Shown here: positions 1 through 6,951 of the stretch, piece after piece
How positions within the stretch are numbered: position 1 is the stretch's first letter
Layout: each line of letters starts with the position of its first letter
Notes under the pieces: model-generated
Databases searched by the model: none
The model's input: the letters and a program-made list of their open reading frames with translations, nothing else
What the model was told of the DNA's origin: nothing
Made by a program: the position numbers and the translations under genes
From: a virus
Length of the DNA: 40,050 bases
Virus record (IMG/VR): IMGVR_UViG_3300010167_000005
Coordinates: 1 to 40,050 of that record
Strand: one strand, 5' to 3'

Positions 1-93
1 AGGTTTAATGATAAAGACGGCGCTCCATTTCCTTCTGCTTTACTGATATTTGGCACAAAAAAGATGCCGATCATAAGAACGTATGAGGTATGA
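1..93 (+). CDS. dam: C-terminal end of phage-type Dam N6-adenine DNA methyltransferase (duplicate of 39928-40020)
   Basis: Same sequence as the end of ORF 39763..40020 (...RLRFNDKDGAPFPSALLIFG...). The TGA stop at 91-93 overlaps the ATG at 90. Confidence 0.8.
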   Translation, partial: RFNDKDGAPFPSALLIFGTKKMPIIRTYEV

Positions 94-123
94 TCTTGAA
101 CGTTTTAGAGTTATTTTCTGGCA
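1..123. repeat. Terminal direct repeat / circular-closure overlap (1-123 identical to 39928-40050)
   Basis: Direct comparison of the two window ends. The first 123 nt recur verbatim at the 3' end, so the unit length is 39,927 bp. Confidence 0.95.
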
Positions 124-770
124 CTGAATGTATCTCTAACGCTTTCAGATCACGCGGTCATACTTGCTATACGTTGGATTATGAGGCGAGATTTAAACCG
201 ACGTTTTGCACGGACATAGCAGATTTTGACGTAAATAACCTCTCTCTCTCTCAAGGAGGTATTGACGTGATATGGGCCTCACCTGATTGCACAACTTTTT
301 CTGTTGCGGCGATATCTCACAATTGGGAATATTTGCACGATATACCCTTCCCGAAGCGTTCACAGGCAGTGAAAGGGTTTAGTAACATTCTACACGTTCT
401 GAGGATAATTCAACAGTTGAAGCCTAAATATTGGTTTATAGAAAATCCTATGGGAATGCTACGATCTATGCCGTGGATGAAATCATTGCCGAGAAAAGAG
501 GTCACATATTGTTCTTATGGCGATATAAGAATGAAGCCAACAGATATATGGACTAACTGCTCTCACTGGACGCCGCGTCCTAAATGCCATAATGGCAATA
601 AAGATTGTCATCACGAAAGAGCGCCTCGCGGGTCATCGACCGGCACGCAAGGTTTGAAAAATGCTGAGGAACGATCACGCATACCTCAACAATTATGTGA
701 AGAAATTGTTCTGGCTTGTGAAAATGATGGAGCAAAGGCTATAAGGCAAGTGAACTTATTAAAGTTCTAA
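90..770 (+). CDS. Compact C5-cytosine DNA methyltransferase-like protein (226 aa)
   Basis: ELFSGTE resembles motif I and ASPDCTTFS resembles the Pro-Cys catalytic motif IV. FIENPMG resembles the ENV motif VI and RSRIPQQL resembles motif X. The protein is very short for the family. Confidence 0.6.
   Translation: MILNVLELFSGTECISNAFRSRGHTCYTLDYEARFKPTFCTDIADFDVNNLSLSQGGIDVIWASPDCTTFSVAAISHNWEYLHDIPFPKRSQAVKGFSNILHVLRIIQQLKPKYWFIENPMGMLRSMPWMKSLPRKEVTYCSYGDIRMKPTDIWTNCSHWTPRPKCHNGNKDCHHERAPRGSSTGTQGLKNAEERSRIPQQLCEEIVLACENDGAKAIRQVNLLKF
240..252. repeat. (CT)6 dinucleotide microsatellite inside the methyltransferase-like CDS
   Basis: ctctctctctctc is read directly from the sequence. It encodes LSLS. 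Confidence 0.9.
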
Positions 771-834
771 TAGTAATGTTTATATATTACCGTCCTATAA
801 CTATACATAACAACTATGGGAGTAGTGGTTAGAA
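759..834 (+). promoter_or_regulatory. Promoter-leader cassette copy P1 (TTAAAGTTCTAATAGTAATGTTTATATA + conserved leader)
   Basis: The 28-nt box lies at 759-786, with TTTATATA at 779-786. Positions 769-838 are identical to 3405-3474. The box overlaps the last codons and stop of the upstream gene. Confidence 0.7.
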
Positions 835-996
835 ATGGACATAAAAACACTCAAAGAGGAACTCAACAGATTGCTCAAAGCCGAAACGGTTGCTAGCGGG
901 TCATTTGATGACTATGGCGCGGGTTACGACAACGGCTATGATGCGGGCCGCACTGCTACATTGGAAATGGTTCTAGAAATGCTTGAGGAGGCCTGA
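835..996 (+). CDS. Small hypothetical protein (53 aa), first gene behind P1
   Basis: ATG lies at the same position relative to the cassette as in P2. I translated the ORF manually (MDIKTLKEELNRLLK...LEEA). Its stop abuts the next gene. Confidence 0.55.
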   Translation: MDIKTLKEELNRLLKAETVASGSFDDYGAGYDNGYDAGRTATLEMVLEMLEEA

Positions 997-998
997 AA

Positions 999-1610
999 AT
1001 GACCGCAGAAACCTTGTATGAAATTTCAGAATGGTTTTATTTCAAGACAGACGCGGAACAGCAGTATTGCGGAATCAGAAGAGAGTTTACGTCATCACAG
1101 ATCGTGAAAGAGAGCGAGAAGGCAATGCAAGTTCTCTTCAAGTATGCGATATGGGTTCCTAAATCGCAGGTAACAGTGACCGGCGAGAGAGAAGTTGAAC
1201 ACAGAACCGAAGTGCGCGGAATCGAAGCAGGATTAAGGGGAGGATTCTGTATCTACTCATCTGGGTTGTCATACAGAGATTCATGGGGTCACTGGCAGAA
1301 GGGCACAAGGACAACCTCATACATGGAATTAGATAAAGCGAAGAAGCGCTGTCAGGACTTGCACAACAGAGGACTTTTCTTCCGTGCAATCAGGCGCAAC
1401 GTCAAGACAGGAGAGATACTGATATCTTTTGATTCCTACAAGAAGGACACGGAAGAGTACACAACGGACAAAATGCGCGACTGGACGTTCAAAGAAAGAT
1501 TATGCGAGCGCAGGGAAGTGTCAGACGACGAACAGCGGGAAGACAAAATCGAAGAAACGGTCGACAACGAAAAGGAAGTTCTGTTAGGCGTAATAAGCAG
1601 GAGATGGTAA
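999..1610 (+). CDS. Hypothetical protein (203 aa)
   Basis: Long ORF with a GGAGG Shine-Dalgarno-like site upstream of the ATG. No motif recognised. Confidence 0.65.
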   Translation: MTAETLYEISEWFYFKTDAEQQYCGIRREFTSSQIVKESEKAMQVLFKYAIWVPKSQVTVTGEREVEHRTEVRGIEAGLRGGFCIYSSGLSYRDSWGHWQKGTRTTSYMELDKAKKRCQDLHNRGLFFRAIRRNVKTGEILISFDSYKKDTEEYTTDKMRDWTFKERLCERREVSDDEQREDKIEETVDNEKEVLLGVISRRW

Positions 1611-1612
1611 AG

Positions 1613-1900
1613 ATGGACAAGGTTGAAGAAAGGACATATAACGTGCAAGCAGTGTTCACGCTGTTTCACGGTAAGCAAGTGACCGGTGGAGAGAATGATG
1701 AAAGGATAATAATCGGCGATTATGACGAGCAATGTGAGATAGATGTTGACGTCAAAGTATCGGCTAAAGCAGATCGTGAGGAAGTTATCCTTTATGCTAT
1801 TCGCAGTGAAGGGTATTATGCTGACATTGATGAATGGGATGACAATCTCGAATCAATTGATATAGATATGGACGATGTTATCGTCACGTGGATTGAGTGA
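1613..1900 (+). CDS. Acidic hypothetical protein (95 aa)
   Basis: The in-frame ATG at 1613 follows AGGAG, just after the upstream stop. The Arg-rich N-terminal extension from 1502 overlaps the previous gene and is unlikely to be real. Confidence 0.55.
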   Translation: MDKVEERTYNVQAVFTLFHGKQVTGGENDERIIIGDYDEQCEIDVDVKVSAKADREEVILYAIRSEGYYADIDEWDDNLESIDIDMDDVIVTWIE

Positions 1901-1901
1901 T

Positions 1902-2303
1902 ATGAGCAAATTGACTGAATTGTTGGAAGCACTGCTCGGCGATAAGGACACGGAAGTGCATGTTCGTGTCGTTGGCGCCGAAGTAGGTAGAGGGTATGAT
2001 GAAGGAACTGGCGAGAGATCAATAGTCACGACAGAAGCGTATGAGAACGCCAATATAGAAGAGTTGATGGCAAGGCAGGATATAACTGTTATTCTCAACT
2101 TCTTCAATTGGGCTATGGAAAATCATGGCAGAGATTTAGAGACGCTCGTGAAGATAACTCGCTCAGCAATGAAATGTGACTGCGAGAAATGCAAAACTTT
2201 CGTTAAGTGGAATCAAGAAACGCTTGCCGTAATAATCGGCGAGTACAGAAAGGAGCAAGAGCAAGTTTCAAAGATAAGTAAAGAGGTGAAAGGAAATGAG
2301 TAA
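1902..2303 (+). CDS. Hypothetical protein (133 aa)
   Basis: The ATG at 1902 lies directly after the upstream stop (1898-1900). Confidence 0.55.
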   Translation: MSKLTELLEALLGDKDTEVHVRVVGAEVGRGYDEGTGERSIVTTEAYENANIEELMARQDITVILNFFNWAMENHGRDLETLVKITRSAMKCDCEKCKTFVKWNQETLAVIIGEYRKEQEQVSKISKEVKGNE

Positions 2304-2733
2304 AATAAAGGATTATGCCCCGCACATCATCATGGCAGCGGTATTAATTGTACCGTTGATGTTTTGTGCGTGGATGATTGCACAGCCTGAGACGCCAGAT
2401 AATGGTGAGATAACAAGCGCATCATTTGCGCCGTGGGAATTGAATGAAAACGGAGTAATGGTTGTTCCGATAACAGTAACCGTTGACAATATAGATGTCA
2501 GCCGTGTCAGATCAGTGACGATAATAGCATACGATATCGGCAACAATGCCATCGGAACAGCAACGGCGAAGAGAACAGTTATTGTTGGCGGAGCGATATC
2601 ATGCCCGTTCTCGGCGGTAGCAGCATCGTTTGACGAATGGACATTCAGCGGAGCAACGTATCCTGCTATGCCCGATAAAATAACTGTTGAGATATTGATG
2701 CTTGCTGGTAATGTCATCAGTGCAACGACGTGA
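2296..2733 (+). CDS. Membrane-anchored or secreted hypothetical protein (145 aa)
   Basis: GAGGTGA Shine-Dalgarno site. N-terminal hydrophobic helix APHIIMAAVLIVPLMFCAWMIA. Confidence 0.6.
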   Translation: MSKIKDYAPHIIMAAVLIVPLMFCAWMIAQPETPDNGEITSASFAPWELNENGVMVVPITVTVDNIDVSRVRSVTIIAYDIGNNAIGTATAKRTVIVGGAISCPFSAVAASFDEWTFSGATYPAMPDKITVEILMLAGNVISATT

Positions 2734-2999
2734 TATTCATGGCTGAGAAAAGTAAAAGTAACATAGTTGCAGGATTGATATTCCTGTCACTGATCGTCGG
2801 AGCAGTTGGCGGGTTTGTGCTGGCAACAGAATGGCATGAGTGTGATGACTGCTCCCTTGACCATTACGAATGCGATAAGGAACACGCTATCTTATATAAC
2901 TGTACCTTTTGCAAAGATAACCGTGAGATCGTTGGCGTAGGGTATGACGCTGATGGGAGCATAAAGATGATATCCTTACCATGTCCGGAGTGTGGATGA
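2730..2999 (+). CDS. Small membrane protein with Cys-rich (zinc-ribbon-like) ectodomain
   Basis: Transmembrane segment IVAGLIFLSLIVGAVGGFVLA. Cys pairs CDDC, CxxC (CTFC) and CPEC. Start is GTG 2730 or ATG 2739. Confidence 0.55.
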   Translation: MIFMAEKSKSNIVAGLIFLSLIVGAVGGFVLATEWHECDDCSLDHYECDKEHAILYNCTFCKDNREIVGVGYDADGSIKMISLPCPECG

Positions 3000-3409
3000 T
3001 GTTAGGCTGTTTATCCGTCAAACCCTTTTACGCTTCAAAAATCTATCAAGGGTTGAAGACGATAGAGTTTAGGACAAAAGTGTTACCTGAAGGAGATTAC
3101 TTCATCTACTCCTCTGCACCAGATAAATCGGTCAACTGCATGTGCCATATCAATCTGATAGCAGGCGGAGAGGTCAACTTCGTCGATGATTGGCACGATA
3201 GCATATTCCGAAGTGGATGTATATCTCCTGCCGATCTTAAACAGTATCAAGGTAGCAAAAAAAGCATCTTTGCTCACAGGATTTCAAATGTGGTTAAGAT
3301 TAAGCCAGCGTTGAGTATTTACGATCTTATGCTTAATCGTCCGCCTCAATCATGGTGCTATGTCAACTTATCGCAGGTTGAAGTAGACGAATTGTTAAAG
3401 TTGGAATAG
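2981..3409 (+). CDS. ASCH / PUA-like domain protein
   Basis: LSVKPFYASKIYQGLKTIEFR matches the N-terminal ASCH signature (siKqPwa..I..G.KtiEiR). The true start is probably ATG 2996 or 2999. Confidence 0.55.
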   Translation: MSGVWMMLGCLSVKPFYASKIYQGLKTIEFRTKVLPEGDYFIYSSAPDKSVNCMCHINLIAGGEVNFVDDWHDSIFRSGCISPADLKQYQGSKKSIFAHRISNVVKIKPALSIYDLMLNRPPQSWCYVNLSQVEVDELLKLE

Positions 3410-3470
3410 TAATGTTTATATATTACCGTCCTATAACTATACATAACAACTATGGGAGTAGTGGTTAGAA
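3395..3470 (+). promoter_or_regulatory. Promoter-leader cassette copy P2
   Basis: TTAAAGTTGGAATAGTAATGTTTATATA lies at 3395-3422, with TTTATATA at 3415-3422. A 70-bp stretch is identical to P1. The box overlaps the LLKLE-stop of the ASCH gene. Confidence 0.7.
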
Positions 3471-3725
3471 ATGGTGACAAACAAAGCGGAAAAAGTGGTA
3501 GAAAAATATTTGGAAGATTGCGACGCGGCGACGTGGTTTGTGATTACCGAGAACGATAAAGTTATCGGAAAGACGTGGTCAAATGCTTTGGCATTTAGAG
3601 TTGTTGACAACCTGAAAGAAGTGAGGACTATTCTCCTCATGAAGGCTAAAATGAAAATATTTGAGTGCAGATACCTTCACAGCACAAATGAATGGGTGAT
3701 AAGTGAGGTGGCTTTAGATGCCTGA
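3471..3725 (+). CDS. Hypothetical protein (84 aa), first gene behind P2
   Basis: ORF with the ATG exactly 56 nt from the TATA start, as in P1. Confidence 0.6.
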   Translation: MVTNKAEKVVEKYLEDCDAATWFVITENDKVIGKTWSNALAFRVVDNLKEVRTILLMKAKMKIFECRYLHSTNEWVISEVALDA

Positions 3726-4044
3726 GCAGAAGATCAACCAGGTAACCGGAACGAGAACAAAGTTCCGCTACACCGGCTCCTATGCCGCTCAGAGCGGTCA
3801 CGGAACCCAGCGGTTCTATGAGAACAAAAAGGACAAAAGCAGCACGTATGAACGCGCGGTTAAATTGACTGCGACACGCAGGACAATTACGGGTATTCAG
3901 CAGGAGATAATCTGTATTCGTGAATCAGAATGCAAGAGTATGGCATCTTATAACATCACTGTTAAGAACACGATTGATGACCTTAGAAGACAAGGTTACG
4001 CCGCCGACAGAATCACGGAATCGCATTACATGGAGTGGTTGTGA
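3718..4044 (+). CDS. Hypothetical basic protein (108 aa)
   Basis: GAGGTGG Shine-Dalgarno site 6 nt upstream of the ATG. Overlaps the upstream stop. Confidence 0.6.
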   Translation: MPEQKINQVTGTRTKFRYTGSYAAQSGHGTQRFYENKKDKSSTYERAVKLTATRRTITGIQQEIICIRESECKSMASYNITVKNTIDDLRRQGYAADRITESHYMEWL

Positions 4045-4301
4045 TGGGTAAGACACAAGAGTGGATAAGACAGGTCACAATAGGAGCAGTGACGACGATA
4101 AAATACTTCGGCGATGACTGTAACAAGTGTTGGGAAGATGCACAGACGTATTGGGAAAATCTGACGGCAAAGGAAAAGGAACATACTGTCGTTGAATCAT
4201 GCCTGGCGGATATAACGATCAGTGATAAGGGTGTGAGGATAATCGGCGATATGTGGCAGGTTACGACACATAACGATGTGACAGGCGTAAGAGGGTGGTA
4301 A
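4044..4301 (+). CDS. Hypothetical protein (85 aa)
   Basis: The ATG at 4044 overlaps the upstream stop (TGATG) and is preceded by GGAGTGG. The ORF track start at 4035 is a GTG. Confidence 0.55.
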   Translation: MGKTQEWIRQVTIGAVTTIKYFGDDCNKCWEDAQTYWENLTAKEKEHTVVESCLADITISDKGVRIIGDMWQVTTHNDVTGVRGW

Positions 4302-4558
4302 ACGTGGACGGAAGGGTTAGACAGATACACGATTTGAGCGATTATGTCGCTATCGGTAAAGAGTTCATGGAAATGCAAGACGATTTAAGGGAAGCAAGAG
4401 ATAGCATAATATCAGCAGAAAACGTCCTTGCTATATACTGCGAGACGATCAACTCAAAGGTGCAGACAAGCATAGCAGAGAAGTTGATGGCAGCGTTATT
4501 TGCCTTAAAAGATGCAAAGGACAACCTTAGCAGTTTTTTGGGTGATGACGATGAGTGA
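4295..4558 (+). CDS. Hypothetical protein (about 85 aa)
   Basis: ORF with a GTG start at 4295 or 4304, the latter spaced 5 nt after GAGGGTGG. Confidence 0.5.
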   Translation: MVNVDGRVRQIHDLSDYVAIGKEFMEMQDDLREARDSIISAENVLAIYCETINSKVQTSIAEKLMAALFALKDAKDNLSSFLGDDDE

Positions 4559-4575
4559 AGTTGAAGAGATAATGC

Positions 4576-4812
4576 TTGAAGGCGATTGCGGAGATTGTGA
4601 CCATGATGTCTTCGAATGCCTACTTGAGGAAAGATGCTTCTATTGTTCAAAGGAGAGTGAAGGATGTGTCTGCAGCAGGCTGTGAACATTTGAACGTATT
4701 TATGAAATGGCAGAGGGATATCAAACGCTGGAAATGCGTTATGTGTGGCAAGGTGTTTACACCTGAGGAAACGGAGCAGTATATCATTGAAAGGAGCAGG
4801 CGATTAAAATGA
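4576..4812 (+). CDS. Small hypothetical protein with C-terminal CxxC
   Basis: ORF-track model. An alternative two-gene model exists: a Cys-rich 44-aa ORF at 4551-4685 plus a GTG-started short ORF ending at 4812. Confidence 0.4.
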   Translation: MKAIAEIVTMMSSNAYLRKDASIVQRRVKDVSAAGCEHLNVFMKWQRDIKRWKCVMCGKVFTPEETEQYIIERSRRLK

Positions 4813-5555
4813 TAGGCAATCCCTTTGCTTGCTACCCTTATGACTGGACGTATAACGTTCCGTTCCTGGAAGTGTTTAGCGACGGTGTTAGCACATACGT
4901 CTACATAGATGATAAACCGTGCTACTTCCCTTCAGATATGTCAATAGAGGACATAGAAGGGTATGCAAGATTCTTCTACAATATCGAGCAGGATGTTCGT
5001 TCTCCTCACAGATATTTAACCTCTAACTTCGACGTGTCTGAGGATGATGTCGTCGTTGATTGCGGAGCAGCGGAAGGATTTTTTGCCTTGAGTGTTGCAG
5101 ATCGTGTTAAAAAAGTGTACGTTTTTGAACCCGATGTGAGATGGCTTGAGGCTTTGAGGAAAACTTTCGCACCGTATGACAATGTGGAGATAGTGACGAA
5201 ATATGTTTCAGATCATACCGATAAATATACTTTATCGCTGGATGATTTCTTCTACAAAAAAGATAAACCGACGTTTATCAAGATGGATATAGAAGGCGAG
5301 GAAGAAAGAGCACTCATCGGAGCAAGCGTTTTGCTGGAGACAAGTGTTAAGAAACTTGTTACCGCTTGTTATCATAGAGCGAACGATCTTTACCGGTTGA
5401 GTAAATATGCACAGAGAGCAGGATTTTTAACCTCGACGTCTGAAGGGTTTATTCTGACCAATTTTGACAACTGTGAACCGTATGCGAGGCGATGCTTACT
5501 TCGTGGAGAAAAATTACCCGCAGAAGATCGGCAAAAGTATAGGCCTTTTGTGTAG
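4809..5555 (+). CDS. FkbM-family SAM-dependent methyltransferase
   Basis: VVVDCGAAEGFFALSVADRVKKVYVFEPD is a Rossmann SAM-binding motif, followed by IKMDIEGEE. Both are typical of the FkbM family. Confidence 0.7.
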   Translation: MIGNPFACYPYDWTYNVPFLEVFSDGVSTYVYIDDKPCYFPSDMSIEDIEGYARFFYNIEQDVRSPHRYLTSNFDVSEDDVVVDCGAAEGFFALSVADRVKKVYVFEPDVRWLEALRKTFAPYDNVEIVTKYVSDHTDKYTLSLDDFFYKKDKPTFIKMDIEGEEERALIGASVLLETSVKKLVTACYHRANDLYRLSKYAQRAGFLTSTSEGFILTNFDNCEPYARRCLLRGEKLPAEDRQKYRPFV

Positions 5556-5573
5556 CGCAGGGAGTGAAATGAT

Positions 5574-6269
5574 ATGCCAATTGATAAGATCGTCATAACA
5601 CTCGATCAGGACGAGTTTGTACCCGTTATTACGGGTAAATACCCGTTCGTCTTTCTCAGACGTGTGCCATACGATATGTTGCAAGGAGAGAAGTATGTCG
5701 TTGATATCGCCACACCGATTAAGGGCGGAGGGAGTGGGATGATTGACGGTTTTTTCCAAACTCACGATATAATACACTTAAGGAGTACTGATGAGATACA
5801 CTTGCTCTTTAACGAGCACTGGACAGATTATCATAGAGGGTATAATCATCTTAAATACGATATATCGTTGAGAGACCAGGAGCGCATACAGCGCTGGAAA
5901 GGTGCCTACGCTTTGCCAGTACATTACCCATATCACTCTATCAATATGGATGGCAGTATACAACCTGGCTTGAGTGATTTAAGCACATACGGCATAAAAT
6001 CGTTACCTATTAGAGGGATGTACGCATACGTAGAGGAGTTATCTTCCAACGGACAGAGATTAACTCCTGGCAGAATCAGAAGAGGGCCAAATTGTCCGTA
6101 TTGTATGGGTAGCGGGCAGGGTAGGAGAGATAACGATAACGATAAAGATAAACTGCCGATCAAATGCAACGTATGCGATGGCAGAGGCAGGGTTACAGAT
6201 AAGGCGAAGAGATATATCAAGTGGCTGGAGAGTGAGGCAAAAGATCAAAAAGATATACTTAAGTATTGA
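5574..6269 (+). CDS. Hypothetical protein with C-terminal DnaJ-type CxxCxGxG zinc finger
   Basis: CPYCMGSGQG ... CNVCDGRGRV, separated by a DNDNDKDK low-complexity linker. Confidence 0.6.
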   Translation: MPIDKIVITLDQDEFVPVITGKYPFVFLRRVPYDMLQGEKYVVDIATPIKGGGSGMIDGFFQTHDIIHLRSTDEIHLLFNEHWTDYHRGYNHLKYDISLRDQERIQRWKGAYALPVHYPYHSINMDGSIQPGLSDLSTYGIKSLPIRGMYAYVEELSSNGQRLTPGRIRRGPNCPYCMGSGQGRRDNDNDKDKLPIKCNVCDGRGRVTDKAKRYIKWLESEAKDQKDILKY

Positions 6270-6652
6270 TGAGAGGAAAGATGGCATAGGCATCCCTTTC
6301 TGCCAAAAACATCCCATAGTTGGCAAAGTGTTTTATCCATCCCTCAAATCATCATCCTCCGTTAAACCCTTTCCAAACTTTTTACTTTTAACACTACTTA
6401 AAAAGCCAAATCTCCAGTCGTAATGATGGTTTTTGCAGATCGTGAAAAACCGATAAGTTTTTAAAGGGTACGGTTTTCATTTTTCTACTCGTTTTACTAC
6501 TCTCCGGACTTCATATTTAAACGCTTGTAGTAAAATCAGTAGTAAAAAGAGTGAAGAATGAATAAAGTGCTAATAGTGGCGACCTACATTACGACTGCAA
6601 CCTTCGTGAAAATGTATGCTAGCGTACACTTTTCGATAGGTTTTGTATACAC

Positions 6653-6718
6653 GAGTAGTAAAATGAAAACCATTTTTCACTCCGTTCTTCTACTCGTTTT
6701 ACTACAAACAATTGTTAA
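6653..6718 (+). repeat. Long repeat element, copy A
   Basis: 6671-6718 is identical (48/48) to 26682-26729. 6653-6705 matches the reverse complement of 26527-26579 at 50 of 53 positions. Confidence 0.9.
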
Positions 6719-6787
6719 TAGTATATAATACCATATCTAAACATTGTTAAGTTTTTTCAAAGGTGTATATATATGTTTTGTAAGGGG

Positions 6788-6795
6788 TTTATATA
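6788..6795 (+). promoter_or_regulatory. Candidate TATA box (TTTATATA) for the late/morphogenesis operon
   Basis: Exact TTTATATA about 160 nt upstream of the small terminase ORF. A box copy at 6810-6820 would sit at the predicted transcription start. Confidence 0.35.
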
Positions 6796-6951
6796 GGACG
6801 TAGGAAAACGAGTAGTAAAATAGGCCCTGTCAAACTGCTAACAAAAATGAATTTTATAAAGTAATATTGAACGGTTTCATTTTACTACTCTAAGAAAATA
6901 GCAAATAGCAAAAATAGTAAAAAATGATTGTAAACACGGTTAAGGGATAAG

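Larger units (their letters stand above)
6481..6890. repeat. Array A of GAGTAGTAAAA / TTTTACTACTC boxes in mixed orientation
   Basis: + orientation copies: 6481-6490 (variant), 6492-6502, 6688-6695 (variant), 6697-6705 and 6880-6890. - orientation copies: 6527-6535, 6538-6547, 6653-6663 and 6810-6820. Several extend to GGTTT(T)CATTTTACTACTC. Confidence 0.85.

Noticed and set aside
1502-1612. Arg-rich N-terminal extension of ORF 1502-1900 (and similar long 5' extensions at 1875, 18898, 19326, 27266, 31316)
   Set aside because: The extensions overlap the preceding genes. Internal ATGs located right after the upstream stop, with Shine-Dalgarno-like sites, give compact coupled gene models.
6178-6423. 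81-aa + strand ORF extending from inside gene 5574-6269 into the intergenic region
   Set aside because: It overlaps the 3' end of a better gene out of frame and has low-complexity sequence with no ribosome-binding site. The region downstream of 6269 is more likely a 3' UTR or terminator.
6540-6660. Possible tRNA or small structured RNA in the box-free segment of the non-coding region
   Set aside because: I could not fold a cloverleaf or find conserved T-loop or D-loop sequences by eye. A covariance-model scan would be needed to settle this.
6558-6728. 56-aa hydrophobic ORF (MNKVLIVATYI...SSKMKTIFHSVLLLVLLQTIVNSI) whose C-terminus resembles part of the minus-strand ORF 26237-26602 (SKMKTIFHSDLLLVLLL)
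   Set aside because: The shared peptide is simply the translated 53-bp DNA repeat. The third (+) copy at 26682-26729 has stops upstream in that frame and no start. The DNA element, not a peptide, is what is conserved.
6481-6890. Possible CRISPR mini-array, because of many short repeats in a non-coding region (also 26525-26861)
   Set aside because: The repeats are only 9-19 nt, occur in both orientations, and are irregularly spaced, with some directly tandem. There are no uniform spacers and no cas genes. They behave like protein-binding boxes, not CRISPR repeats.
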